21,564 nucleotides of DNA from Chlorokybus atmophyticus (GCA_009103225.1 RHPI01002161.1:264799-286362), one strand, 5' to 3'. Numbered from the stretch's first letter, positions 1 through 10,574 are shown. Numbers and translations: made by a program. The notes: generated by a model not told the origin, from the sequence alone.

Positions 1-50
<50 letters not shown>
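1..50. repeat. (CA)25 microsatellite, intronic
   Basis: Perfect CA run at the window start, just upstream of a cag acceptor at 65-67. Confidence 0.98.
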
Positions 51-55
<5 letters not shown>

Positions 56-67
56 GCCCAAATGCAG

Positions 68-565
68 GGTCCTGCCCTGGCCTCCTTCAAGGGCCAGCTG
101 TACGTCTCATACGTCACCGACGTCCTCCCATCCTTCCTCTACTACAAGGTGATCAGTGTGCGCGTGTGGCAGGGGTTGTTGTTGTTATGGTTGCTGTTCT
201 CGCACATGTGTGTGATACACTTGATTGGTTGGTTCGCTTCTTTGCTTCGTCTCATGATGGGTTCGTGTCAATCACAACCACACAGAGCTCGGCCACCCCT
301 GCCACAGCGACCAGCTGGGCTGCCGGTACCGCCCTCAACGCTGTAGACACCTCCGCCAACCACCTGCAGGTGTGTATGTGTCACCCCCCCCAATCTCGCA
401 CGCATCTCTTCATGCTACACAAACAACCTCTGTCGACACACACTCACACACAACGTGTCTCAGACCGTCACCGTTCCTGCCCTCAAGCCCGGCGCCTTCG
501 AGCTCCGCCTCGTCTTCAACGACGCCAACGGACCCAACCGCATCTCGCAGGCCACAGTGTACTAA
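68..565 (+). CDS. 3' end of a host gene: exons 68-148, 286-369 and 464-565 (stop TAA 563-565); product unknown
   Basis: Three GC3-rich exons of 81, 84 and 102 nt with cag/gt boundaries, all phase 0. Spliced: GPALASFKGQLYVSYVTDVLPSFLYYK SSATPATATSWAAGTALNAVDTSANHLQ TVTVPALKPGAFELRLVFNDANGPNRISQATVY*. The 5' part lies outside the window. Confidence 0.85.
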
Positions 566-1249
566 AGGAAGAGAGAGAGAGAGAAAGAGTTGTATCAGTG
601 GATGTATCAGTTTTGACCTGAGGAGCTGGGCTGGAGGAGCTTGGCTGACGAATTTTGCCTCGTGATTTTTGGCGGACATGTGTCGACAGGCCTTTTTGTA
701 GTTGGCTTGGCTATTTTTTTTTGTATTGTTCTGCATTGTAGGGGCAATAAGTCATTCATTCATTCAGTCATTCATTGGCACTGTAGTTGGTAGCTTGTGT
801 ATATACTTTTCATCACATTGCCATTGTTGATTCATTATCAATCAAGCATTCTTTCAGCCCTACTTTTGTCTTCCTGTCGCGAATGGCTACCTGGCTACTT
901 GTACATTGCATTGCCATGGTTTTACTGCTGTGTGTGTGTATGCTTACTTTGTGGTGATAATTTAACTGCTGCAGCTGTGTGAAAACATGTGCCATGAAAC
1001 TTGTGCCCGTGCTGTTCGATAGATATTGTCATTGGTGGCTGTCATGCTTCCATGCTGAATATGTATGCTTGTTGTACATATACCAGCCGAACACAGTCAC
1101 ATCGTCCTGAGCATGCAGACAACATGTGTTGCTTTCTGAAGCAGGTACAAGACGTGTTCTTGACTACCTTGGCGTGGTGTTTGATGACTGTTACATGCAG
1201 TGTTGGTTGTGTAAACTGCAGTACCACATGCAGCTTTGCAACAGATATG

Positions 1250-1590
1250 CACACTCAGCACAACGTTCAAATGCATGCACACAAGACTGCGCGTGTGCGT
1301 ACATGTCCTGCAAGCAGACGCACACTTGTACAAGCACACGCTGTTATGCACCTAACAGTGGCGCACGCACACACGCACAGTTCTGAAGCATGCTTGCAAA
1401 CGCATAGCGACTACGAGCTGCGCTGTCCACACACAACAACTACGGACTCAGACACACACAAACACAGCCACAAGTCACCAACTGACACACTCAACGATAC
1501 CCACAGCAACTATAAACTGCACACTCAACAAACAGCCTACGAGGCACAGACACACCCACACCCACACGCAGCCACAAACAGATGCACACA
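1250..1590. repeat. CA-rich low-complexity tract
   Basis: Degenerate CACAC/ACAA runs that generate His/Thr-rich spurious ORFs. Confidence 0.6.
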
Positions 1591-3102
1591 TTGCGAAAAA
1601 ATCTACATACTTCGCTTAATGCAGGTGTGTGACTTTGGTTACTGAATGGTGCATTGTGTGTGGCATGGTAGGAGTGGGGGCTAGGTGGAAACAGATACAT
1701 GACCATGTATCATCCTTCACCTCAATGCCAGCACAATACTACATCTGCATACACACTCAAGCTCCTCCTTTATGTGTCCTCCATCGCAGCCATGGCACAC
1801 AAGTATTTCCCCTACATACGCAACAACAACAGTACAAGGTGGGACTCATGTGGTTCCTTACGCCCCTGTGCCTACCGGGCCTGCTGTTACTATTCGCGCC
1901 CAGCGGCGAATACTGCGGGCCGAAACCGGGGTCGCCCTCTTTGTTGTAGTAGTAACGACGCCGCATTTATAGGTATCTTCGTTTGATTTAGCTTTCAATT
2001 GGAGTGCTGTGTGTGATAAAATATTATTTGTTCGAAAGAGCTGGAGTTTCTCTCTAACGAGGAAGGTTGATAGTCCAGCAACCTGCAAGTGCTGTTACCA
2101 TTTATACTTAAGCACGCTCCTAGGGTGATTGTATGGAATTCCTTGTACATGTTTTCAGTTCATTTTTCTTAATGTACATAGTTGGGTCAATCACGTTGGC
2201 TACCACCAATGCTCAATGCTTTGTTCACCCTGGACACCACAGTTGCTGCAACATCTTGCTAATCCCATCCCAGAGACACGCATACGCACATACTAATTTT
2301 TGCTTGTTGACTACCATGGTGGTACCTGTCGTATGCAGTTTGAAGGCTAAACTCTTCGGTGTTGCGTGATGAAGGTAAATATTGTCTATGTTTCCACTAC
2401 ACACAACGGTGCACTTGGACAGTTCAGATCTGGGCTACACATAGGGTTGTTCTTGTAGTGTCCACATGCATCCGTTTGCGAGTGCATTGCGTTCGCAACA
2501 ACCTGAACACCCACACACTGCTGCAGCGCAATGAGGCCACATGCTTCACCATGCTGGGTCTTCATGATAATGATCATGATCAAGTCAAGGACTCTTCGTG
2601 TATTGCACAGCCGAACTATATAACTGCCAGTGTCGGTTTTACTTTGGGACTTCTGCACTCTCACACTGACATGCCTTGTAAAAGCTCTTATCGTGCGCAC
2701 ATCACACGCGACAACGCACTCGTAGTTGTTGTTGTCACATATGCATTGTGAGCAAAGCAGCCGCAATAAAAACGTTGGTTACTTAATGCCACCCTCAACA
2801 GGCGAGAGAGTGCGTATCTTCTCAGAAGCTTATGGTTTTGGGACTGGGGTCGTACGAGATGATTACTGTGAAGTTGAAGGGCAATGTGTAACAAACGTCA
2901 TGCACACGCCATTTATGATGCGCACAGATGCGGAAAACAACATTATATCGAGCACTAATTCTTGTTTCCTTTGGTCATAAACCATTGGCAATAGACAACT
3001 ATTATAACAGTTCACGCATACTTCAATGCCAGATCGCATCGTACACCAATTTTATGGACAATGATTCAAAGCATCCAATACAGTGGTAGCCATCGTGCAG
3101 GC

Positions 3103-3571
3103 TGTTGAGATTCGGACACTACCGACCATGCATGGAGTTGGTGCAAGCACAAGTACACACACTCTACCAGAGCATACACACAAGGCTGATCCAAAAGGCT
3201 TTCTAAGGATTACAACAAAGTCATACCGCGGGCTTTTATACCCGCCAGTTCTGCACCTGTCTACTCTAGAAGCCACCACGACTTCTACACTCAACCGATT
3301 CCTGCGCTCTAAGTTGCACCACGTAGCTACTTTTAAGAGCTTTCCAACAAGCTATGACACGCGCCATACAATGACGTAACCATCGAGCTACAACGTTTCT
3401 TCTACAGCGCCTGGAAGTCTCCAGACTCCGGACTCGACTCCGCGCCTGGAACCTTCTCGACTGAAGTCCTCGCCTGGACCTTTCTCGACTGGAACCTTCT
3501 CGCGCCTGAATCTTCTCGCGGCTATTCTTATCCACAGGGCAAGCTGACCGGATACAAGAATATCCTCAACA
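3103..3571 (-). repeat. Copia 3' LTR
   Basis: TGTTGAGA...TCCTCAACA. Identical to 5424-5892 except 3383 T vs 5704 C. Minus-strand TATAAAA at 3240-3234 and TGTAA at 3214-3210. Confidence 0.98.
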
Positions 3572-3582
3572 CTCCCACGCGG
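3572..3582 (-). other. Polypurine tract of the Copia element
   Basis: The minus strand reads ...CGCGTGGGAG immediately before the TG of the 3' LTR. Confidence 0.7.
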
Positions 3583-3625
3583 GCAGCTTGGCCTTTAACA
3601 CCTTCGATGCCAACTCCTTGCGTAC

Positions 3626-5311
3626 TTATGCGCGACGAACTCCCACGCCATCCTTTGCTCTTCCAACCATCTTGAAAACACTTCCCGCACCTCTCATGAG
3701 CGCCTCCTTAAAGCTCTTCACTTGCACACCCTTATTGCAACTCTCACGGTCATTTGCATGTGCTCCCACGTGCTCACTCTCGGCAACATCCTGCACACCA
3801 CCACCACCATGTTTGTCCTTCTTGTCCTTGCTGATGCCAACGCCTCCTTTGGCTCCCATGGGCTCCGGAACTGCACCTTCAGCCTTCTTGACACCACCAG
3901 CAACCTCCACACGTGGAATCACTCCACCACTCGCATGTGACACGCTATTCGTCACCTTCTCTTGAGCTCCCGCTCCCTTATGAGTAACAGGCTCGACCTT
4001 GGCCTTCTTCTTCATCTTCTTCACAATTGGTGCTGACTTGGACACCTCCACCTTGGTCTTCTTGTGCATCTCCGCACCCTTGACCTCCTTAATGATGTAG
4101 AGCCCTCCAACGTTGATGCCAACCAACTTTGTGACACCACGCAGCACTACCCTTCCTATGTCCCCACTAAACACTGTCACAGCACCAACTCTCGCCGCGA
4201 TGCGCACAGAGAATAGGCTAACCTCTAGCCCTGGGACATACAAAACCTCTCTCAACAACACTTGCCTCGTCCTTCCTCCAACCAGGGACAGGATTTTGGC
4301 TTCTCCTACACCAACCGCGAACACCTCCGTCTTGCCGAACTTCACCTTCATAGGTTTCTCCAAGACCTTGTACTTCGCCAACTTCTCACGATCACCCGTC
4401 ATATGCCTCGTGCAACCCGAGTCCAGCACCCACCCAGCTGCCTCACCATCCGTTGTTGCATGAAAGGCAATAGGCGTTTCTCGAACACGTCCCGTCATGG
4501 CATGATGCTTCTCTCCACCACGCTCCTCTTCGTGCTGCTTTCTCATCGAGCAATGCACCCTGATGTGGCCCTTCTTCCCGCAATAGTAGCAGACCCTGTC
4601 ACTCCTTGACGCTCCTCTACCACCACCACTAGAACCGCCACCATCACCACTGAAACGCCCATACCCATGCTGAAAACGATCAGTACCTCTTCCTAAAGTC
4701 GCTGAGAAAGCCAACGCCTCTGAGCCTTCCTCATGCTTCTTCGCTAGCCTCGACTCCACCTGCAGCAATCTTGGAACCACCTCGTCCACCGTGGGTTCTG
4801 CCTCCAAGCCCTCCAAGACCGTGATCACCGTGTCATAGTCTTCAGGCAACCCAGACAGTACTTGCCACACCAACTCGGACTCTTTCACCTCATAGCCAAC
4901 GCCTTGAAGGTCCTTCTGCAACTCTCGTGCACGCGACACATACTTGGTAAGAGGCTCCGCTGCGCCTTGCTTCTTCAACCCAGCGAGCTCTCTCTTTAGC
5001 TGCACTTTCCTCGCGCTATTCTTCGCCTTGAAGTGCGATGCCAACTTCTCCCAAGCTTCTCGTGCAGTCTTGCAGCCATCCACCAACACCAAGTGACGAT
5101 CCTTTACGTTGAGACCGATTAGGGCAAGCGCTCTCCCACTCTGCTGCTTGAACACCGAACTCTGCCTTGTAGACATAGGGTCAGCCTCCTCCGGGTCCAC
5201 CCACTCCCACAAGTCTTTGTGTACCAGCAACATCTTCATGCGCACGCTCCATGTGTTGTAGTTGTCCACGTCCAAAGGCTCCACGGTCACCTTGTCGTAG
5301 TTGGTTGCCAT
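3626..5311 (-). CDS. gag: Copia Gag-protease polyprotein, 561 aa from ATG 5311, with a ~150-aa Lys/Gly-rich C-terminal tail
   Basis: Copia Gag N-terminus (LDVDNYNTWSVRMKMLL), capsid-like ..AREAWEKL..ARKVQLKREL.., zinc knuckle CYYCGKKGHIRVHC and protease WVLDSGCTRHMTG...VLYVPGLEVSLFSV. The frame is uninterrupted to TAA. Confidence 0.93.
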   Translation of the reverse strand: MATNYDKVTVEPLDVDNYNTWSVRMKMLLVHKDLWEWVDPEEADPMSTRQSSVFKQQSGRALALIGLNVKDRHLVLVDGCKTAREAWEKLASHFKAKNSARKVQLKRELAGLKKQGAAEPLTKYVSRARELQKDLQGVGYEVKESELVWQVLSGLPEDYDTVITVLEGLEAEPTVDEVVPRLLQVESRLAKKHEEGSEALAFSATLGRGTDRFQHGYGRFSGDGGGSSGGGRGASRSDRVCYYCGKKGHIRVHCSMRKQHEEERGGEKHHAMTGRVRETPIAFHATTDGEAAGWVLDSGCTRHMTGDREKLAKYKVLEKPMKVKFGKTEVFAVGVGEAKILSLVGGRTRQVLLREVLYVPGLEVSLFSVRIAARVGAVTVFSGDIGRVVLRGVTKLVGINVGGLYIIKEVKGAEMHKKTKVEVSKSAPIVKKMKKKAKVEPVTHKGAGAQEKVTNSVSHASGGVIPRVEVAGGVKKAEGAVPEPMGAKGGVGISKDKKDKHGGGGVQDVAESEHVGAHANDRESCNKGVQVKSFKEALMRGAGSVFKMVGRAKDGVGVRRA

Positions 5312-5409
5312 CTTCCAGGACTCACCCAACCTCACAAGACTTAGCTAGAACTCCTTGCCTAGCCTACTGCCGTTATCACGCCTCTAGACACTTGCTAAAC
5401 CAGCGTAGT

Positions 5410-5423
5410 GTGGGCCCATAACC
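5410..5423 (-). other. Primer-binding site, half-tRNA iMet type
   Basis: GGTTATGGGCCCAC directly after the 5' LTR, complementary to the anticodon arm (GUGGGCCCAUAACC) of initiator Met tRNA, as in Drosophila copia and Volvox Osser. Confidence 0.9.
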
Positions 5424-5892
5424 TGTTGAGATTCGGACACTACCGACCATGCATGGAGTTGGTGCAAGCACAAGTACACACACTCTACCAGAGCATACAC
5501 ACAAGGCTGATCCAAAAGGCTTTCTAAGGATTACAACAAAGTCATACCGCGGGCTTTTATACCCGCCAGTTCTGCACCTGTCTACTCTAGAAGCCACCAC
5601 GACTTCTACACTCAACCGATTCCTGCGCTCTAAGTTGCACCACGTAGCTACTTTTAAGAGCTTTCCAACAAGCTATGACACGCGCCATACAATGACGTAA
5701 CCACCGAGCTACAACGTTTCTTCTACAGCGCCTGGAAGTCTCCAGACTCCGGACTCGACTCCGCGCCTGGAACCTTCTCGACTGAAGTCCTCGCCTGGAC
5801 CTTTCTCGACTGGAACCTTCTCGCGCCTGAATCTTCTCGCGGCTATTCTTATCCACAGGGCAAGCTGACCGGATACAAGAATATCCTCAACA
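5424..5892 (-). repeat. Copia 5' LTR
   Basis: 468/469 identical to 3103-3571. Confidence 0.98.
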
Positions 5893-6720
5893 CAGGCTAG
5901 TGTTCGATAACCACCCTCATGGTGAACTCGGTGTTGTGTTCCTCGGGAGTCAGGATGACGGCCTATAATCTCAAGTGTTTGCAATGCCTTGGGCTGCATG
6001 CTATCAACCTTGTGCATGTGGGCTAGCTTGTCTACCATAGCGGCGACGCGGCAATATGTGAGGCCCAGCAGAAGCAAGGCTACCCTCGTGAGCGCCGGCC
6101 TCCTCGCAGCAAATGCAGAGGAGGAGATGGAAGTGACGGAGCCGTGTTGGGACGGCACAGCGGTGGCGATCCCCACCGCCCCCGCTCACCCGTTTGTTGA
6201 CTGGAGCGTGGCCTTGCTGGTACACGCCAGCATACTGGTCACCTCTCCGACGTCGTGGCAGACCCCGTGCCCATGCGCGTGTATGAGCCAACGTGGAAGG
6301 ATAGACCTGGCAGCTACTCTACCACGCCGTACCTTGGGGTGGGAGGAGCGACTCAACGCTTGTGTCATCCAAATAGAGTGATCTTCCCTAAGTGTCCTCC
6401 TTCCCGGATATACACGGGGTTGTGCCAGTCTGGTGACCCTGGCTAGTCACACGCGTGCGCATGGTGTGCGCAACAGCGTTGTATACAAGGTTGCCTTGCA
6501 CTGCACCGCTCCGTGGTGCGATGGCACACCAAGCCTCATAATCATAATGAGGATGCAGGCTAGGGTTCTTGTGAATAACTGTACATGTACACTTGTAAGA
6601 CTTGTGCTTCTCTGTGCATCGGAGATGTTGCTCGCTGTGTGTGGACGACCTGGTCATGCCTCAAATGTGAAAATGAATGTTGACCAGGACAGCGAGCTCC
6701 CCTACCCTCTAATTGGCTTC

Positions 6721-8040
6721 TTACTCTTCAGAGTGGGCCAACTGCATATGGCAGGCCTCACACATCCAATTTCTTTTTGGAACCTTGTCCAATGGTGGCG
6801 ACAGGCACCATATGTGCCAGCTAGCCATGCAGGTATCACACGGCAGCATGATTGCTTCTCTGTCAGCGCGTGCGCATCCTTCGCATCAATGGCTGGCGTC
6901 AGGAATAGCTGCCTTGGGGTCCACAGCCCTATCGATATTGGGTAGATGGCAAAGGGCATAGTTTTTCATCTGTTCTGCGCATGTTCTGGCATCACTGCCC
7001 TCGAGTAAAAGTACGCCGCTATTGCGCACCTCTTTGACTTTAAGAATCATATTGCTGGCACTAGTGTCCAGCGTGTCCTTGGTTTAAAGGTGGAGATAAA
7101 TATATTCCCTGCTTCAAATTTTTGCATGCGGGGCTTGTAGAACCCGCTGCGCACTCGAGCGTAGCGCTTAGTGTCTTTGTGTTGTGCAATGACTAGTTTG
7201 TCCATTGCAATCGGTACAACGCGTTTAAACAATGCTCTAGCAGTGAGCTCTTTTGCAAAGCTTTGCTCATCTTGTAAATCTACAACCGCCTCTGCTGGCT
7301 TTCTGATAGCAGCTGGAAGCTGTGTGGATGGCGGCCATACAGCAAGAGGTTTGGGCTGTATGCTCCCAATGCAGCCTGTCGGCTGAACCTGTATCCCATC
7401 ATAATCTATGGCAGCTGGAGATCCCAGTTGATGTCGTCGTGGCTGCGGCAGAAGTTGTGCAATCCCCCTTTCACAGTGTGCACCATCCTCTCGGTGAGTC
7501 CTATTCAGCTTGGGGATGGTTGCGATGCGTGTGATAATGATCAATGAAGCAATTATTTAGCAAGTTATCACATTTGATCTCTAAAACTCTGTGCCTTTAC
7601 CTGTTAGCACCTCTGCACATCCTCCAAATCTGCTCAACATTTAGTTGAGGAAGGCCTCTGTGATAGTGTTGCTGTATTTGTTCACAAGTGGGGTTACCTC
7701 CACCCATTCGTTGAAATGTGCGATTATCACTAGGATGTAGCAATAACCTCTTTTGTTGACGGGTAAATCTCCTGCCAGATCTTAACTCCAACAATAAAAC
7801 AACCCCTAAATGAGGAGTGGGTGAAGTTGTGGATGCTTCGTGTTGAAGCTAGCCTTCACCTTATCGCACTCCACGATCGTTGTACGATGGCGGCAATCAT
7901 TGCTGCCACGCCTGCCCATCAATATGTCGTGGTCACTACGTCGCAATATGTTTTCCCTGCCGGCCGACTAAATATTGGCAACGGCCGTGCACCTGAGGAC
8001 ACTAATTTAGACTGTCGTGGCTCAGGCCACTTGTAATCTT
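6721..8040 (-). pseudogene. Decayed Gypsy-type integrase with a C-terminal PHD finger
   Basis: Across stops and frameshifts: ECDKVKASFNTKHPQLHPL..GLFYCWS*DLAGDLP..KRGYCYILVIIAHFNEWVE..FGGCAEVLTGKGTEF (core); HPQA..TERMVHTV; IAMDKLVIAQHKDTKRYARVRSGFYKPRMQKFEAG; then CEGC-x10-CDTC-x4-H-x2-C-x13-WMCEAC (6885-6751) and TAA at 6723-6721. Confidence 0.88.
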
Positions 8041-8067
8041 GATACATGGACCTAATAGTAACTTCCG

Positions 8068-8410
8068 TTACTGTAAGGCCCTTTTAGTTACAATTTAGTC
8101 TTTAACAGTTGACTATGCCTAACTAACAGGCGCCTGTTAGTTACCTATCAGGCCTTAACAGGTGACTTTATATAATTAACAGGCACCTGTTAGTCACACA
8201 CCAGGCCTTAACAAATGACTTTGTATAATTTACAGGCAACTGTTAGTTACACATCAGGCCTTATTAGGTGACCACAACTAATCAACGGGCACCTGTAAGT
8301 TACACATCAATCTTACTTAGGTGACTCAGCCTATGTGACAAGCCCCTGCAGGTTACACACCAGTCAAGCGCAGGCGACTAAGCCTAATTCACAAGCACCA
8401 ACTAAGTAAT
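8068..8410. repeat. Degenerate tandem array of about 6.5 units of 53 bp with an internal palindrome
   Basis: Units start at about 8068, 8121, 8174, 8227, 8280, 8333 and 8386. The consensus is close to AAYTAACAGGCACCTGTTAGTTACACATCAGGCCTTAACAGGTGACTT. The unit at 8121 has a perfect 22-bp palindrome, AACTAACAGGCGCCTGTTAGTT. Confidence 0.9.
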
Positions 8411-8756
8411 TATTGACAAAATAAGGCATTCTTTAACAACTGAAGGTGACTTATGCCTGACTGTCGTCATATGTATTTGCATAGCTTGACTACACGCGAC
8501 TGTCACTGACTTCCAGCATTGTTATGTGCCTGTGCTGTGTACATGTACCTGAAATGTGTACAGTGTCTCTCAGTCACTTGCCAAGGCTTGTAATTCGATT
8601 ATGTGACTCGAATGCAGTTCTGTTGTATATCATAGGGATGCAAGTATTGATGTGCATGAGCATAATGACGATTGACTGAGCTGGTTTAAGATGCACACTC
8701 AGTCACAAGAGGCTTGTAGCTATGTACACTACCAGCTAAACGGACTACCAACTGCG

Positions 8757-10574
8757 CTACAGCTCCTCTCCATCATCGCTTTGCTCGTCATTACGGAACA
8801 AAGCACCACGCGCTGGGGCCTGTGGAGGAGACGCCGGAGCTTGCTCTTCCTCCTCAAACGGTTGTGCCAGCCAATCAAATGCCGCTTCTGCCTCAGCGAG
8901 CGGGTCACGAGCTGCTGTCTCTTGCGGCCGGCGCCGATTGGGATCTTTCAGGTATTCGACACAAGATGCAGTGCGGCGTTTCACAAGGGTGAATGGCTGG
9001 AGGGCTGCGTACCGTTGCCTCATCTCCCGCTTCATTGACATGATCATGATGTTGATTTCGCTGAGGTACTCTTCATGTGTGTCTATGCTGGCAGCTAGGA
9101 GAGGGTCTCCATCCTTGCCTTTAGGATGCGCTCCACCTGCGTAGTTTACAGGCATGTCTTAGTGGCATCGAAAGCCACTATTCACTGCAACGCGTCTGCA
9201 AGCCTGTAGTTTGGGGCTACAGCATTCCTGAATTGCTAATGCTGGAGTTCAGAGTGCTCACCGTAAGCAACAGGTATGCGAGGTGGTTGACTGTCAGCTG
9301 CCGGCGACCAGGTGTAGTGACGGCGTAAGACCAGCATTGCACGATCATTTGCCAGATTATGTGATTGCCCCATTCATGGATGTATCTCCGCCGCTCCGGG
9401 TCTGCAGTGTCGGTCACCTCAAATCTCCGCCATGATTTATCTGCGACAGTCATACCGACAAGGCATTAGTCACGAAATAAATAGTTCAAGTTGAGCCTGC
9501 ACCAGGCTAGAATAGTGCCTGTGACTTACTTTGGAGCGCGTTGCGCATCTGGGCTTTTTGGGTGTCGGGGTCCATTAGGGGCGTCGATGTGCCTGATTGA
9601 ATCGGTTACAATAGGCGAGATGAGTACGTGTGTATGGAGGCTGAGTAAGAAGGCAGTGTTGCATAGCAGACATGATGGTGAGGGACCCAACTTACTTGCG
9701 CTTGTTGCTGTCCACTTGTACTCCTTCTCAAGGACATGCTTGATCTTGGTGACGTTCTCAGACCGGACCTGCGTAGCTTTCTTCAGGGCGACACTCCAGT
9801 GGAAGGGGCACTCCTTAGGAGTCCAGTACACCTCATAGAACTTGGCCGCATCGGCCTCGTCGTCATGGTCGAAGCCAACTACCTGTCACGGGCAGGTTGG
9901 TCAGTGTCACGGTGCAGTGCGGTCATGAAGCATTCACAGCACCTGACACATGACGTTACGAGTAGTGTCCTCCTTGGGATAAACGAGGCTCTCTACCCAG
10001 TGGCCGTTTATAATTTCAACGACGGCATCTCGCAAATGCTGTCCACAGAAGAACAATCCGTTACACACATACACACAGTGTCACAGTGTCACACAGTGCT
10101 TACCTCGTTGCCAATCTTCTACTTGCTTGGGGAAGGGTTGCTGACGGCCGAGGTTGCCACGTCACGGCCAAATGCGTTTGGGTTGGGGGTTTCAATCGAC
10201 CCTCTGCAAGCACAATTACATGAGTCATGCTGCCAGCCATGAAAGATGCAACCCTCGCAGTTGCAAAAGAAGAACAACGTGCACAGTGTATCCAGAACGT
10301 ATGCAGTGAGTCACTGTGCTAGTCATGATAGAAGCAAGCATCCAAGTTAGAAGTTGAGCAAGAAGCAACGTGCACAGTGCATCAAGAACGCATGCAGTCT
10401 AGCTTGCCCTTGCGACTGCGGTGTCAGGTGGAGTTGTTGTGATGTGCTGGGCGTTAGCGCGGGGTCTTGCTGCGATTGGTTGGCGACGGTTGCCTGGTTG
10501 AACACTGGGGGCAATGTGGACAACTGGCGCCGACCTCCACGACGAGGTGCACTTACGGATGGACCACGAGGCAT
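8757..10574 (-). pseudogene. Seven-exon gene, about 389 aa when reconstructed, with one nonsense codon and one 2-bp insertion; product unknown, possibly transposon-associated
   Basis: Exons 10574-10408, 10203-10104, 10038-9943, 9882-9696, 9592-9530, 9440-9262 and 9136-8757. Introns are 60-204 bp (the first GC-AG, the rest GT-AG) with consistent phases 2,0,0,1,1,0. TAG at 10121-10119. Removing one CT from the CTCTC near 9105 restores ..VERILKARMETLLAASIDTHEEYL.. Confidence 0.75.

Larger units (their letters stand above)
3103..5892 (-). mobile_element. Ty1/Copia-type LTR element, 2790 bp, non-autonomous (gag-protease only), very recent insertion
   Basis: Two 469-bp TG...CA LTRs, 5-bp TSD CAGGC (3098-3102 and 5893-5897), PBS, PPT and one Copia gag-PR ORF. 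No integrase, RT or RNase H motifs. Confidence 0.96.

Noticed and set aside
1001-1645. 214-aa plus ORF and overlapping minus ORFs
   Set aside because: His/Thr/Cys-rich translations of CA/TG low-complexity sequence with no domain motifs.
3588-4609. Plus-strand ORFs of 72-125 aa
   Set aside because: Antisense shadows of the GC-rich Copia ORF.
3052-5856. Duplicated 79-98 aa ORFs (3083-3379/5449-5700, 3266-3535/5587-5856 and similar)
   Set aside because: They are duplicated only because they lie inside the two LTRs, and have no protein features.
8068-8410. CRISPR-like array
   Set aside because: The whole 53-bp unit is homologous between copies. There are no constant repeats with unique spacers, no cas genes, and the context is eukaryotic.
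10266-10398. Imperfect ~40-bp duplication (AACGTGCACAGTG...AGAACG.ATGCAGT)
   Set aside because: It lies within intron 1 of the minus gene and looks like a simple local duplication with no further structure.
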